In this document: positions 45,392 through 55,774 of the stretch, piece by piece
Layout of the letters: each line of letters begins with the position of its first letter
Numbering within the stretch: position 1 is the stretch's first letter
IMG/VR virus record: IMGVR_UViG_3300025684_000010
From: a virus
Reading direction: 5' to 3' (one strand)
DNA length: 64,000 bases
Position numbers and translations under genes: made by a program
Notes under the pieces: generated by a model
The model's input: only the letters and a program-made list of their open reading frames with translations
The model's database searches: none
What the model was told of the DNA's origin: nothing

Positions 45392-47002
45392 CTAAAAACT
45401 ACTGCTATCAGTCCGATACGTGATCCACCCCTGTTCGTCAGGGATATCGTCTCCAGTATCTATAAAGCCGAACGGTAATAATTCTTCGTCAAGCTGTTGT
45501 TCTGTTTTTTCTTTCAATGCCGCTAAGGTATTGATGTCTGTTAATTCCCTAAAGAATCGTTGGTCTGATAACCACGCAAATAATACCAAGGTCATGACCA
45601 AATCATCATTATGACCTGACTCTGCTTCGTATGAATTGCCTTTTTTACTAAATCGTGATAACTCCTGTATTGTGTTATAATCCTGTAGTATTAACTGATT
45701 TTGTTCAATTAATAGTTTCAATATAGAACAACCTTTTGATTTTACGCTTTTGGTTGTTCGTATTCCATGATCTGATCTCTTCCCTCCAAAATTTGATACT
45801 TGTTTCCCGGCTCTGCCGTGGTTTTCAGTAAAGAGAAGATTTTCATAGCCGTAATCCATAAAGAGTATATCAGCAACTTGTTCACCAATATCGTTAATTT
45901 CAATTAACACTGCACTCTCATTGTACATCAGCCCTATTCTATATATAACGGAGGCAAAGTCTACCGGACTTATGGTATTATCTTTGTATACGCATACTTG
46001 TTTGTATGGCATTTCCGTTGTATCAATTATATTAAAAGCAGAATAATCGAGTCCTTTACCTCTCGATACATCAACTACCATTACATATGCATGTTCTTGT
46101 TGTACTGCTTCATATTGTGTAATACCTTCAGCCTCATGTAATGGCCTAGACGGTGCAAGTTCTTTGAGTTTGGCACCGCTTATTAGTGTACCTGAGCTTC
46201 CTAAGAACTGACAACAGTATTCTTGATTAAATTTTTCTATATCGAAATCTAACGCTTCGAGAGTTTCATCTTTCCACGCATCATCTCGACCAGGTACATC
46301 GTACCACATAACCTCAACGTATTCATAACCATTTGTACCTTCTTTAGCACCCTTACATGTTTTCCAAAAGTGGTTCAACCCATTAGGTGTGGAGGTCATT
46401 AATAATTTTGTTGTTTTACCAGAAGATATCGTTGGATATACTGAAGCAAAGAATTCATCAAATCCTTCAATAAATGCAACCTCATCAAGATATAGAAACG
46501 ATATAGATTTACCACGAATAGCAGAAGATGTTGTAGTACCTGCATAGATCTTACAACCATTCTCTAACGTGATGTTACCTTTATTCCATTCTTCAATACC
46601 TTGCTGCATCCACTTAGGTAATGCTTCATAAGCTAACTGAACTCGGCCTAGAACCTCTCGAGCAGCATCTCCTTTGTTTGCCAATATGGCTACAGTCTTG
46701 AATTCATTAAAGAGGATGTAGTGTAATATAACGGCTACTGCTGTAGTTGTTTTACCAGCCTGCCTTGATGTTAATACTGCAACTCTTCTTGAGTCAGTAA
46801 TCTTACGTGTAATATCTTTTTGGTAGTCATACATGTCCATTGGAATTAATCCATGGTCAACATGCACAATCTTAATATATTGCTCTGCAAAATAAACTGG
46901 GTCATCAGCACACTTCATATACTCTTTAAGCATCTCAGGAGTAAATTCTATCTGTTCTCCAATCTTTTTAAGATATGAGTTGCCTAAGTAGCCACGATCC
47001 AT
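45392..47002 (-). CDS. terminase large subunit gp17
   Basis: SRQAGKTT, LYLDEVAF, STPNGLNHF, DVSRGKGLDYS and DDLVM motifs. Confidence 0.97.
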   Translation of the reverse strand: MDRGYLGNSYLKKIGEQIEFTPEMLKEYMKCADDPVYFAEQYIKIVHVDHGLIPMDMYDYQKDITRKITDSRRVAVLTSRQAGKTTTAVAVILHYILFNEFKTVAILANKGDAAREVLGRVQLAYEALPKWMQQGIEEWNKGNITLENGCKIYAGTTTSSAIRGKSISFLYLDEVAFIEGFDEFFASVYPTISSGKTTKLLMTSTPNGLNHFWKTCKGAKEGTNGYEYVEVMWYDVPGRDDAWKDETLEALDFDIEKFNQEYCCQFLGSSGTLISGAKLKELAPSRPLHEAEGITQYEAVQQEHAYVMVVDVSRGKGLDYSAFNIIDTTEMPYKQVCVYKDNTISPVDFASVIYRIGLMYNESAVLIEINDIGEQVADILFMDYGYENLLFTENHGRAGKQVSNFGGKRSDHGIRTTKSVKSKGCSILKLLIEQNQLILQDYNTIQELSRFSKKGNSYEAESGHNDDLVMTLVLFAWLSDQRFFRELTDINTLAALKEKTEQQLDEELLPFGFIDTGDDIPDEQGWITYRTDSSSF

Positions 47003-47532
47003 TACTTATCTTCACCTTTAATCATTTTCAGTAAATCAGCCGTTGATACAATAAGGTTATTATTTGTAACGTTTGTACTCTTATCAGCCGAAGGATCTTC
47101 TTCTTTAGCGTATCTTCTCTTTGTTGACATCTCAACGTAATCTTTGTTTGCGTCAAGTAATGTTTTCATTAAAGTAGATACAACTTCAAATGCTCGAGGA
47201 GATTCAGACTGTTTTGCGATCTCAGTCATTTCTCTAACAGCGTCGTCACCGAGATTAATAATGTTTTCGATATTCGCTTTAGCCAATTCAATATCTTTTA
47301 AATTCTCTTTGGCAGTATCACTCATAACAGCTGGTAGGCCGGCTACACTTTCTTGCGGCAAATTCTTTAAAGAATCTACACTTTTCTGCAGTTCACCGTC
47401 CATTGCGACTTCGTTTGTTGAAAAAGAGTTAACTGGTAAGTCAGATACTTTCACATCTAATTTATCCAAACCTTCTTGAGTATCTTGGAGCGGTCTCATA
47501 TTTAACTTTTGCGCTATAGTATCTTCATTCAT
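47002..47532 (-). CDS. terminase small subunit gp16
   Basis: SESPRAFEVV..LMK and NNNLIVSTADL.KMI motifs; position. Confidence 0.85.
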   Translation of the reverse strand: MNEDTIAQKLNMRPLQDTQEGLDKLDVKVSDLPVNSFSTNEVAMDGELQKSVDSLKNLPQESVAGLPAVMSDTAKENLKDIELAKANIENIINLGDDAVREMTEIAKQSESPRAFEVVSTLMKTLLDANKDYVEMSTKRRYAKEEDPSADKSTNVTNNNLIVSTADLLKMIKGEDK

Positions 47533-47536
47533 AATA

Positions 47537-47980
47537 TTATTTATCCGTAACCTTCCAGTCACCATCTTTGTTTACCCAAGCGCAGCTTTGACGAAGCTTT
47601 GATGTACTAAACCGATGATCGCGTTTATTAAAGAAAAGTTCAATATCACGTTTACGACAAATGTCCTTTCCTGTAAATTCTTTATCTCTATACTCTGTCC
47701 CTAAGATACGAACATTAATTGTATACAGTTCAAGTATATCTTCAAGATCTTGTTCTGTTGAATAAGGAATAATTTCGTCAACGTAACTCACCGCTTTAAG
47801 TTGACTGTATCTTTCAACAATTGTTTGGATTGGTTGATTCTTTTCTTTAGGACGATCTACAGCAGGATCCATTTGTAATCCTACAATTAAATAATCACAT
47901 TGTTCTTTTGCTTCTCTTAGCATCTGAACGTGCCCAGCATGAAGCAGGTCAAAGCTGCTACAAGTAAATCCAATCTTCAT
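47537..47980 (-). CDS. cytidylyltransferase (TagD-like)
   Basis: SFDLLHAGH (HxGH), LIVGL, ERY..L and FSTS motifs. Confidence 0.88.
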   Translation of the reverse strand: MKIGFTCSSFDLLHAGHVQMLREAKEQCDYLIVGLQMDPAVDRPKEKNQPIQTIVERYSQLKAVSYVDEIIPYSTEQDLEDILELYTINVRILGTEYRDKEFTGKDICRKRDIELFFNKRDHRFSTSKLRQSCAWVNKDGDWKVTDK

Positions 47981-47995
47981 AATAAATGTTCCTTC

Positions 47996-48853
47996 TTAAC
48001 TAGGTTCTGTATCAGAGCTTTGCCCTAAGTATGCCCAGTTGTCGTCAAATTCAATCAAGCTATAATCAATAGTTTGTGTTATATCAGTGGTTGCTACATT
48101 ATTTGCTGTAGAACCTGGTTGTCCAGTTTGGAATGTTTCAAACTCCGTATCAGCTGGTGTATCAGTTGCCACTCTTGCATCAACAAACTTAATAACTGCC
48201 TTATCCTTCTCAGGACCGAAGAACCAACCTTTCATTGTAAAGTTTAATGTATATAGTATACTTCTTCTTTGCGTAAATGCTTCTTCATAAAGATCTTCTG
48301 ACGCCACGTCATTTAATATGAGAGGAATATCAATTGCTTCTAATCCTGGTATCAGATTCACAGTGCTTGTAAATTCTGGATTAAAGAACGGTAATATTTG
48401 TTCTAAACATTTAACCGCGTCTTCGTTATATTTTGCCATGATGTATAAACTGAATCCCATATTATATGGAGTTCCTGAATATACAAATCGTCTGCCGCCG
48501 TTATCTACATCTACAGCGGTCTTTCTTAATTTTCTTGTTGGTGCAACTTTTCGTTCTGGGTCATATGTAAAACTATTTAATTCAAAAGCCATACGAGGCA
48601 ATGTCATTGCGAATGGTTGTCCTGCAGTTGGCTTTCCAAATGCGTCTTGCGTTGCTCCGCCTTGTAATGTAGGATCTTGTTCAAGTCTTGCTAAAATCTT
48701 TTGATATGGTCCATAAGAAATAGGTACTATCTGTCTCTGATTAAGAGTCCCATCAGTACTTGTTCTGCGAACTTCTAATTGATTAAAATATGTACCAAAT
48801 AAAGCAACATATTTGCGAATCGTAGAATTATAAAAATAATTTGCTATTGCCAT
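47996..48853 (-). CDS. tail sheath stabiliser / terminator gp15
   Basis: IRKYVALFG..FN, VPISYGP.QK..AR, LPRMAFE and EQILPFF.P motifs. Confidence 0.93.
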   Translation of the reverse strand: MAIANYFYNSTIRKYVALFGTYFNQLEVRRTSTDGTLNQRQIVPISYGPYQKILARLEQDPTLQGGATQDAFGKPTAGQPFAMTLPRMAFELNSFTYDPERKVAPTRKLRKTAVDVDNGGRRFVYSGTPYNMGFSLYIMAKYNEDAVKCLEQILPFFNPEFTSTVNLIPGLEAIDIPLILNDVASEDLYEEAFTQRRSILYTLNFTMKGWFFGPEKDKAVIKFVDARVATDTPADTEFETFQTGQPGSTANNVATTDITQTIDYSLIEFDDNWAYLGQSSDTEPS

Positions 48854-49542
48854 TAGGTATCACTTATAGATATGTTTTCACTGAAAGGATCTACCTCTGA
48901 GAAATCAATAATACCATCGGCTTCTATTTCAAAGTCAAGGTTCATTGAGTTATCATCAGTTGCAGCAAGTGCCGACAACGTTGCATTATTTGCATCAACA
49001 ATTATGTCTGTATTATATGCAGCAAAGTAATCATCAATATTCGAACGACCAGTATTAAACCTTTGATTTGAATATTCTAACAATTCGCATTGCATATCAT
49101 ATACTTGTGTTTGTCCCATTTGATAAAATATGCTTTCGTGTTCAACATATTTAATTTCAAACATCTTTTCGTTTAATGGGAAGTAAATTAAATCGCCTTC
49201 TCTTGGTCGAGTGAGTTCAACAACTTCTCGAGTTACGTATCTTTCAAATGTTCTATTCGCAACTGTAAGCGTTAATGTATCTCTTATTTCTAAACCAAAC
49301 TTAGATAAGAAATCGCCTTCTCCTTCAAAACCTTCCATACTCTTAACATAAGTTTCAAATTCAAATGTTTCGTTGTATTCTGGAAAGTCATCTTCGTTAA
49401 AGATCTTATCTCGACCTTTAATTGCTCTACTAATATAAATGACATCAACACCATAAATCTTAATTGACTCAATAACTAAATCGTCAATTAAAGATTGTTC
49501 TTGGACTTGAGCATAATTATTAAAGAATGTATTCGTAGCCAT
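48853..49542 (-). CDS. neck protein gp14
   Basis: EQSLIDDL..ESIKIYG, FLSKFGLEIRD and RPREGDLIYFP motifs. Confidence 0.93.
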   Translation of the reverse strand: MATNTFFNNYAQVQEQSLIDDLVIESIKIYGVDVIYISRAIKGRDKIFNEDDFPEYNETFEFETYVKSMEGFEGEGDFLSKFGLEIRDTLTLTVANRTFERYVTREVVELTRPREGDLIYFPLNEKMFEIKYVEHESIFYQMGQTQVYDMQCELLEYSNQRFNTGRSNIDDYFAAYNTDIIVDANNATLSALAATDDNSMNLDFEIEADGIIDFSEVDPFSENISISDT

Positions 49543-49547
49543 TTAGC

Positions 49548-50291
49548 TTACCCAATAAATCCATAGGAAAGAGGTTGCAGATTCTGTATTGCTTCTTCCT
49601 CCAATATTTTCCTTTCTTCTCTGGCATCAGCAAGTATCTGTTCTCCGTTGAAAGATACTCCACCAACAAGTTGCATTCCGGTAAATTTAGTTAGGTTCGA
49701 TCCCCACTGTTCTTTAATTAACGCAGCTGCGTAATTTTGTAAGAAACGATCACCCCATACATCTGCATATGTTGTTCCGTCAATTACATCATACGCCTCA
49801 ATAATAATATATTCGCCGACAGGCATTGTGTCTGCCCCAGAATCAATCCATAATTTATTTACATGTTTATTATAACGGACCATTGGTTTTCCAACAAGCA
49901 TTTCCTGTAAGAATTCCATATGTTGCATTGACATAAAATAGTTTGTGATATTATAACCAGTAATGTCTTCAAGATTATTTAGAACAAATTGGTACTGAAC
50001 ATTAAATATACCACCGCCTGTAGAAATACTTGACTGCATATTAAAGATGCCTGATATACCAAGTATCGTTGTAGGTAAAGTTACATAACCGTTATCTTTA
50101 TCTTCTTGTGTAATCTGGTGTTTCAAATAAACAAGTTGACTTCCATTATAATGATAGTCTCTCCAGAAATCTACAGCTTCATCAACACGATCGTCAATCT
50201 GTTCATCAGACACGTTAATATCAATCACAGGAGCTCCTAGTTTACGGAGTATCCAGCCTTTGAATTGTTCTCTTGTTGTTGGTTGTGCCAT
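49548..50291 (-). CDS. neck protein gp13
   Basis: LRKLGAPVIDINV...QIDD, WG.NL.KF.G.QL.GGV..NG motifs. Confidence 0.93.
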   Translation of the reverse strand: MAQPTTREQFKGWILRKLGAPVIDINVSDEQIDDRVDEAVDFWRDYHYNGSQLVYLKHQITQEDKDNGYVTLPTTILGISGIFNMQSSISTGGGIFNVQYQFVLNNLEDITGYNITNYFMSMQHMEFLQEMLVGKPMVRYNKHVNKLWIDSGADTMPVGEYIIIEAYDVIDGTTYADVWGDRFLQNYAAALIKEQWGSNLTKFTGMQLVGGVSFNGEQILADAREERKILEEEAIQNLQPLSYGFIG

Positions 50292-50316
50292 TAGTTTATT
50301 CTCTTTTGTTTATTTA

Positions 50317-50817
50317 TTATGTAAACACACAAGTTGTTGTCCCACCAGTATTACCAAAAGGATCCTCTGTACCGTTATTATCAGTGCCATCGTACCAAGT
50401 CCAATATGTATTACCACCAGAACCGTTGTAAGTTGCGCTCGTTCTTTGATACGCCGTACTGCCTATAGTTAAAGTAGTCCAGCCACTATTTGCCCGGTTG
50501 GTGCCAGCGATGATGAGGGTGACTCCGGAGGTCGGATAATAAGTATCCCACTGATACATAATCTGTAAGATTGAGGCGCCACTATAAAGATTGCTTGTTC
50601 CATCAGAGATAGAACCGCCAGCACCGCTAATTAAGAAGCCTCTACGAACGGTTGAGCCTGTGGGCAATCCGCTACCGCCGGTTGCGCTGGTTGCTTGCCC
50701 AACAGTAACTACTTGACTATCTAAGTTACTACCGCCGCCCCCGCCGCCACCGCTACCCGTGCCTGCTGATACTATTCCTGCGTTACTAATAATATTCATT
50801 ACATGTGATAGTGCCAT
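50317..50817 (-). CDS. Gly-rich putative tail adhesin-like protein
   Basis: Poly-Gly linker; C-terminal SGWTTLTIG...YWTW...DPF domain resembling that of 51891-52811. Confidence 0.5.
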   Translation of the reverse strand: MALSHVMNIISNAGIVSAGTGSGGGGGGGSNLDSQVVTVGQATSATGGSGLPTGSTVRRGFLISGAGGSISDGTSNLYSGASILQIMYQWDTYYPTSGVTLIIAGTNRANSGWTTLTIGSTAYQRTSATYNGSGGNTYWTWYDGTDNNGTEDPFGNTGGTTTCVFT

Positions 50818-50825
50818 TTTATTTC

Positions 50826-51650
50826 CTATGCGCCTCCGAAGTACTCGACTTTATAATAGCCTGTTGCTAATACTGGTGATCCACTACTATTCGCTGATAT
50901 TTCTATTTTCATAACACAATCTTCATCGGCATAAGTACTGTAGCCTCTATTATCATATACCACGAATTCTCTTGTTGTGTTTAAAGGTATCCATGTGTTG
51001 AGCGTAGAACTTTGGGCTACGTTTAAGTTAACTGATCCTGAGTAATTGGACGCTTTTATATAATATGTTTGCGATGGAGTAATGTTATTCCAAGTTGTGG
51101 TAGAAAATAAAGTTTCGCCGCTACCGCCTACATTATTTGGATGCTCCCATGTATATACATTACCATCTGCTTTAAATCTCCAGCCTGCTTCAAACGGTAC
51201 TACTCCAGTAGCGTCAAAAATTGTTGAGCCCGCCTGACTAGACGTGGATCCGTCTAAAGTAATGGCTTCTGTTGGTGAAGATCCTGCATATCCTACAGCA
51301 GACCCCGTCTGATAAGTTCCTCTTGAAAGAAGTGTTATTTGCCAATATCTTCGAGTGGACCAAGTTGGTTCTGCACCTACCCACTTTATACTAGAAGGAA
51401 ATGTTGGAGTGTGACCAGAAGATGTTGTATCTAATAGTAACGCAGTTGTTCTACCTTCTTCTCCGCCACTTATAGTAAATGTTTGGTTTCCAGTCATAAT
51501 ACAAGTCTGAATAGAATTAGACATACTAATGTTTGAAGTAACAGAAGATGGAGAAGCGTGTAAGTCTCCATACGTGCCAGTACAAGACTGAACATTTACA
51601 AAAGCTCTATTATTATCTATAATAGTAGAGTTTGATATTTTAATTGCCAT
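50826..51650 (-). CDS. MAIKI-family tail-fibre-associated protein, paralogue 3
   Basis: Shared N-terminal domain (MAIKI..IIDN.R...LLLDT...H.PTFP..W...P.W...YW). Confidence 0.55.
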   Translation of the reverse strand: MAIKISNSTIIDNNRAFVNVQSCTGTYGDLHASPSSVTSNISMSNSIQTCIMTGNQTFTISGGEEGRTTALLLDTTSSGHTPTFPSSIKWVGAEPTWSTRRYWQITLLSRGTYQTGSAVGYAGSSPTEAITLDGSTSSQAGSTIFDATGVVPFEAGWRFKADGNVYTWEHPNNVGGSGETLFSTTTWNNITPSQTYYIKASNYSGSVNLNVAQSSTLNTWIPLNTTREFVVYDNRGYSTYADEDCVMKIEISANSSGSPVLATGYYKVEYFGGA

Positions 51651-51668
51651 TTTTAGTTTCCTCTATTA

Positions 51669-51878
51669 CTATTCGGCAAGATCTTCGATTATCTCATCTG
51701 CACTACCTTTAGCAGATGCCTGAGATGCAGCAGTATCTATATTGCCTTCGCTGTCGTATATAGATGGTGCCTCAACATAAATTTGTGCTGGGTGTTCTAA
51801 TACTCTGCACGTAGTCCATACATGATCTTCACCGTCTATATTTTCAATTCTTGTATTAAATTCGTATTCGTAGTCCAT
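51669..51878 (-). CDS. small acidic hypothetical protein
   Basis: ORF track, SD AGAG. Confidence 0.55.
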   Translation of the reverse strand: MDYEYEFNTRIENIDGEDHVWTTCRVLEHPAQIYVEAPSIYDSEGNIDTAASQASAKGSADEIIEDLAE

Positions 51879-51890
51879 TTTTATTTCTCT

Positions 51891-52811
51891 TTAGGTAAAC
51901 GTCATTTTTACTGTGCCACCGCCTGTCTGGCCAAGGAAGGGATTTCGTGGTGAATCACCGCCGCTTGAACCTGAGCCGCTATAAGTTCTTTTCCACTGTG
52001 TTACATAAACACCGCTGGATAGAAAAGTTGAATATGTTGAGGAGGATCTTGACTGAACCTGTACTCCGTTAATACTATCGCTATCAGTATCCCAGGTTAA
52101 AGTAGACCATCCAGTTCCATCACCTGAAGACGTTGGAGCCTGATTTGGATAATAGGAACTGTTGTTTTGCAGCTGCAACCAAAACTCATCATCTTGCTGA
52201 CTACTCTGATAAAGATATCCATCTCTAAAAGTCATTGATCGTACAGTACCGGCAGGTGATGAATATATTCCAGTAGGAACTGCATTAGTATCCAATGAAC
52301 CAAATGCCGAAGCGCCATACGGACTTCCAGTACCACCATTATTTTTACCGTAAAGCGCCGTTGCTGTATAACCGACGTTACCAACGGTCATTGTAAATTC
52401 CATATCATTAGCAGGAGTACCTGATCCTGCGCCCCAGCCTGTTGCTGTTGCTCTAATAGTAGTGCTATCCCAACAAGTAAAACCAACTAACCAATGTTGT
52501 ACTCCAGTTGCATCCCAATCTGGTTCAGTACCATCTCCTGGCCATTGTATTGAAGAAGGCCAAGTTGGAAGATGTCCGCTTGCAGATACATCTAGCATAA
52601 GTATAGAACATTTTCCTGTGGCGATATTAGTCGCAGTAAATGTAGTAGGTGCAGATAAAGTCCGCCTCATGATTGGTTTAGACATGTCTAAGACTGTCGT
52701 TATTATTGTTGCTGCGCCGTGGAACTGACTGTACTTACCTTCAATATCGCTCATGTTAACCACTTCACGAGAATCGTTTATGACTGGTAGCCCGCCTATT
52801 TTAATTGCCAT
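51891..52811 (-). CDS. MAIKI-family tail-fibre-associated protein, paralogue 2
   Basis: Same N-terminal domain, different C-terminus. Confidence 0.55.
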   Translation of the reverse strand: MAIKIGGLPVINDSREVVNMSDIEGKYSQFHGAATIITTVLDMSKPIMRRTLSAPTTFTATNIATGKCSILMLDVSASGHLPTWPSSIQWPGDGTEPDWDATGVQHWLVGFTCWDSTTIRATATGWGAGSGTPANDMEFTMTVGNVGYTATALYGKNNGGTGSPYGASAFGSLDTNAVPTGIYSSPAGTVRSMTFRDGYLYQSSQQDDEFWLQLQNNSSYYPNQAPTSSGDGTGWSTLTWDTDSDSINGVQVQSRSSSTYSTFLSSGVYVTQWKRTYSGSGSSGGDSPRNPFLGQTGGGTVKMTFT

Positions 52812-52822
52812 TTATATTATCC

Positions 52823-53746
52823 TTATGGTTCCTGTCCAGGCCACGATCGTGCGAAGCATGACCCGCTGCTTTGCGTAAATTCGCATGTTGAATATAAAGT
52901 TCCCTGATCGCATACAACTTTGATTCTAAAGTCTGGATCGGCAGTATTTAAACTGAATGATGTTTGTGCCAGGCCTGTGCTGGCCACCCTAGCCATCCAC
53001 CCAAACTGCCGGCCGCCAGGTGAATTAGGAACACTATAATAAGTGCCTGAAGCATATCCATCATCTGCTGGAGTTGGGCCAAAGGCATAACCGGAAGGAC
53101 TGCCAGGACCTGATTGCGAGCTAACGTTATATTGACATTCTATTGAAGTAATATTAGTGCAACCTGATGTATCAATATATGTATGATAAACTGTTGCTAT
53201 AGCCGCGTTTGTTCCACCAACATATGCAACATCTATTCTATCGTTAGCAGTGTCGTTTGAAAATGTTACTTTCGCAAACGCCTCAGCGGCGGCGCCGAAT
53301 TCAACGCTCCGCGTCTGAATATGGCCCCAACCTGGTATTGTAAACGAACTTTGTAGTGCTGGTGCAGCAGGTGTATCGTCATATCCTGCAGCAGATGCGT
53401 AAATATCATTTGGACCAAAACATACAGTAGTAATTATCCAATATCTATTAGACGACCAGTTAGGAGTAGACTGAAACGACCAATCGCCAGGAAATGTAGG
53501 CACATGATTTGAAGTAGATATATCTAATAGCAATACTGCAGTTCTACCAGTAGCGCCGTTAATATAAGTAAATGTTGTTGCTGCCGAAAGAGTCTTAGAT
53601 AACATTGTCTGTGACAAGTCTATCACAGTTCCAGAAATAGCTTGAACGTGTGGGTGAAATGACGTATACGTACCGTCCATACCACTAATCGATGCCAGCG
53701 CACGATAATCGTTAATGACGGTTGTGCCGCCGATCTTAATTGCCAT
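52823..53746 (-). CDS. MAIKI-family tail-fibre-associated protein, paralogue 1
   Basis: Same N-terminal domain; late promoter and SD GGAGG upstream. Confidence 0.55.
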   Translation of the reverse strand: MAIKIGGTTVINDYRALASISGMDGTYTSFHPHVQAISGTVIDLSQTMLSKTLSAATTFTYINGATGRTAVLLLDISTSNHVPTFPGDWSFQSTPNWSSNRYWIITTVCFGPNDIYASAAGYDDTPAAPALQSSFTIPGWGHIQTRSVEFGAAAEAFAKVTFSNDTANDRIDVAYVGGTNAAIATVYHTYIDTSGCTNITSIECQYNVSSQSGPGSPSGYAFGPTPADDGYASGTYYSVPNSPGGRQFGWMARVASTGLAQTSFSLNTADPDFRIKVVCDQGTLYSTCEFTQSSGSCFARSWPGQEP

Positions 53747-53784
53747 CTTCGTCCTCCAGACTATTAGCGTTTAAGTTATATAGT

Positions 53785-53792
53785 TATTTATA
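53785..53792 (-). promoter_or_regulatory. late promoter TATAAATA
   Basis: Exact consensus. Confidence 0.75.
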
Positions 53793-53793
53793 C

Positions 53794-54546
53794 TTAATCT
53801 CTTCTTTCAATATCAGATTCTTCTAGTTTATCTCCAAGCCATACTTCAATTACTTTAGCAGGTCCTGAACCAACGTTAGTTGCTTTATGCCAAACACCTT
53901 TTGGTATATCAATACTTTGACCTTCCCAATAGATACGAGATTCTGTTAAACGATTACCATGGTCAAGTTCCATTAATATAGAACCTTTTACAACATGCCA
54001 ATGTTCAGATCTATGCTCGTGTTTTTGGTCGCTTAGTGATTGTCCTTCGTCAAAACTTAGTTCTTTAACTCGCCATGAACCATTTGAATCTAATACTTTA
54101 TATGTTCCCCATTTACGTTGAGTTGTAGGTTGAGACCATTCTTTGAGTATCCAACTTGATGAATTCTTTTTATCTTCTCCACCAATTCCAAACTCAAACT
54201 CAATACCCTCTACTGCCATCTCAGGGATGTTATCTGATGTTCTATCACCACCGTTTACAAATATAATAGTATCTGAAGGATATAAAAGTTTAACTTGTTC
54301 TAAGCAATGTATCGCGCTTCCATCCGAATCGTCAAATGAAATTACTTTATCAACGCAAGCAAGTTCTGAAACAATAGCTGCTCTTTCTTCAAACGGCATA
54401 AAGAATTTTCCTTTCTTTCTTATAAGCCATTCATCTGAATTTACACCAACAATTAATTGAGTACCACTTAGAGAAGCATCTTTTAAATATTGAATGTGTC
54501 CTGAATGAATTGGATCAAAGCCACCTGTGGCAACTATTGTAATCAT
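53794..54546 (-). CDS. cytidylyltransferase fused to a cupin (MPI type II-like) domain
   Basis: GGFDPIHSGH, NGGDRT, GGEDKKNSSS; C-terminal RKWGTY, LSDQKHEHRSEHW and IPKGVWH motifs. Confidence 0.88.
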   Translation of the reverse strand: MITIVATGGFDPIHSGHIQYLKDASLSGTQLIVGVNSDEWLIRKKGKFFMPFEERAAIVSELACVDKVISFDDSDGSAIHCLEQVKLLYPSDTIIFVNGGDRTSDNIPEMAVEGIEFEFGIGGEDKKNSSSWILKEWSQPTTQRKWGTYKVLDSNGSWRVKELSFDEGQSLSDQKHEHRSEHWHVVKGSILMELDHGNRLTESRIYWEGQSIDIPKGVWHKATNVGSGPAKVIEVWLGDKLEESDIERRD

Positions 54547-55772
54547 TATGCTTCCTCTTTAATAGGTCCCATCATATAGTCAAATACAAAATTAGTATCT
54601 TTCTTTGCTATCATTTCTTTTGGAATATCAACAACGTCTGGGTGATAATACCAATCTTCGTAAGGGTAACCAACTTCATGGAAACCAATGTTTGAAACAG
54701 CAAGTTTATACCCAGCTCCTTCAAGAATCTTTTTAGCGGCAAACTTTTTATCAGTACCTAAACGATAAGAATCGTGTTCAAAAGTAATAACACCAAATTT
54801 AAATTTATCAAGTGGTAGCCTTTCTAATACAGCCATCGAATAATCGTCACAATCAATTTGTAAGTAATCAATAACTGGATCTACACAATGTAACTTAAAC
54901 AACTCTTCATAATCAATTGCTGTTGCATCCGTACAAATAACGGTATTATTTCTTGCTTCTTTAAATGCATAACATAGACCATCGTCAATATCAATTGAGA
55001 TACCTTTCCAACCAAACTTGGTTTCAAGCAGTGCAGTATTATTATGAATAAAAGGACCACCTGATCCAATCTCTAAATAAGAACCTTGTCTTTTACCTTT
55101 ATGTGCAGATAATACAAACATATCTTGGAAGTGTTTAGAATGATTAATTTTAATATCTTCAATACCATCAAACTTGTACTTAAATCTATCAAGATCAGTT
55201 TCAACATAGGGAATAATATCAGGATAGAAAATCCAACCTAACGCCTTTTCAATTTTTTCTAATAAGTAAGGTTTAAGGTTTTGTTTGTGTTTTAGATTGA
55301 AGAACAACTGCTTACCATCTTGTTGACCTGTAATAGACCATTTAGATAATGCTTGATAGTATTCTAAATCTTGAGTACCAGGATATAGAAGTTCTTCATT
55401 TTCTGCCGCGACATGTTGAGTGGCCAATCCTAAATTTGCGTGTAATAAACATCTTTTCCAAGCTCTCATTTTTTCGTAAATAGTACATAAGTGATAATGA
55501 GCTTCAGGTCTTTCTGGTAATAACGCGGCCGCGTCAAGGAAAGCACCTTCAGATGTATGGTTCCTATCTCTTTGTCTATCGTAACAGAGACCAATACCAA
55601 TTAATGATTTGTATTGAAGATTTTTGTCTTCAGTGATATCAGCTGCTTTAAGATATAAAGATACACCCATAGCACCATTTTCTAATTTATCATATTCTTT
55701 TGCCAAATCGTAAATCTTAAAAGGATTCTTTGAATCTAAAATATGAGCTTCTAGTTTTTGTTGTAAATTCAT
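54546..55772 (-). CDS. TPR-repeat protein fused to a FkbM-like methyltransferase domain
   Basis: TPR-like helices (LPERPEAHY); QDMFVL, YLEIGSG, GWKGISID, IDYLQID and ITFEHD motifs. Confidence 0.7.
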   Translation of the reverse strand: MNLQQKLEAHILDSKNPFKIYDLAKEYDKLENGAMGVSLYLKAADITEDKNLQYKSLIGIGLCYDRQRDRNHTSEGAFLDAAALLPERPEAHYHLCTIYEKMRAWKRCLLHANLGLATQHVAAENEELLYPGTQDLEYYQALSKWSITGQQDGKQLFFNLKHKQNLKPYLLEKIEKALGWIFYPDIIPYVETDLDRFKYKFDGIEDIKINHSKHFQDMFVLSAHKGKRQGSYLEIGSGGPFIHNNTALLETKFGWKGISIDIDDGLCYAFKEARNNTVICTDATAIDYEELFKLHCVDPVIDYLQIDCDDYSMAVLERLPLDKFKFGVITFEHDSYRLGTDKKFAAKKILEGAGYKLAVSNIGFHEVGYPYEDWYYHPDVVDIPKEMIAKKDTNFVFDYMMGPIKEEA

Positions 55773-55774
55773 AA

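Noticed and set aside
45392-47002. Intron, intein or homing endonuclease in the terminase, ligase or capsid genes
   Set aside because: The ORFs are uninterrupted and of normal length, and no LAGLIDADG, HNH or GIY-YIG motif was seen.
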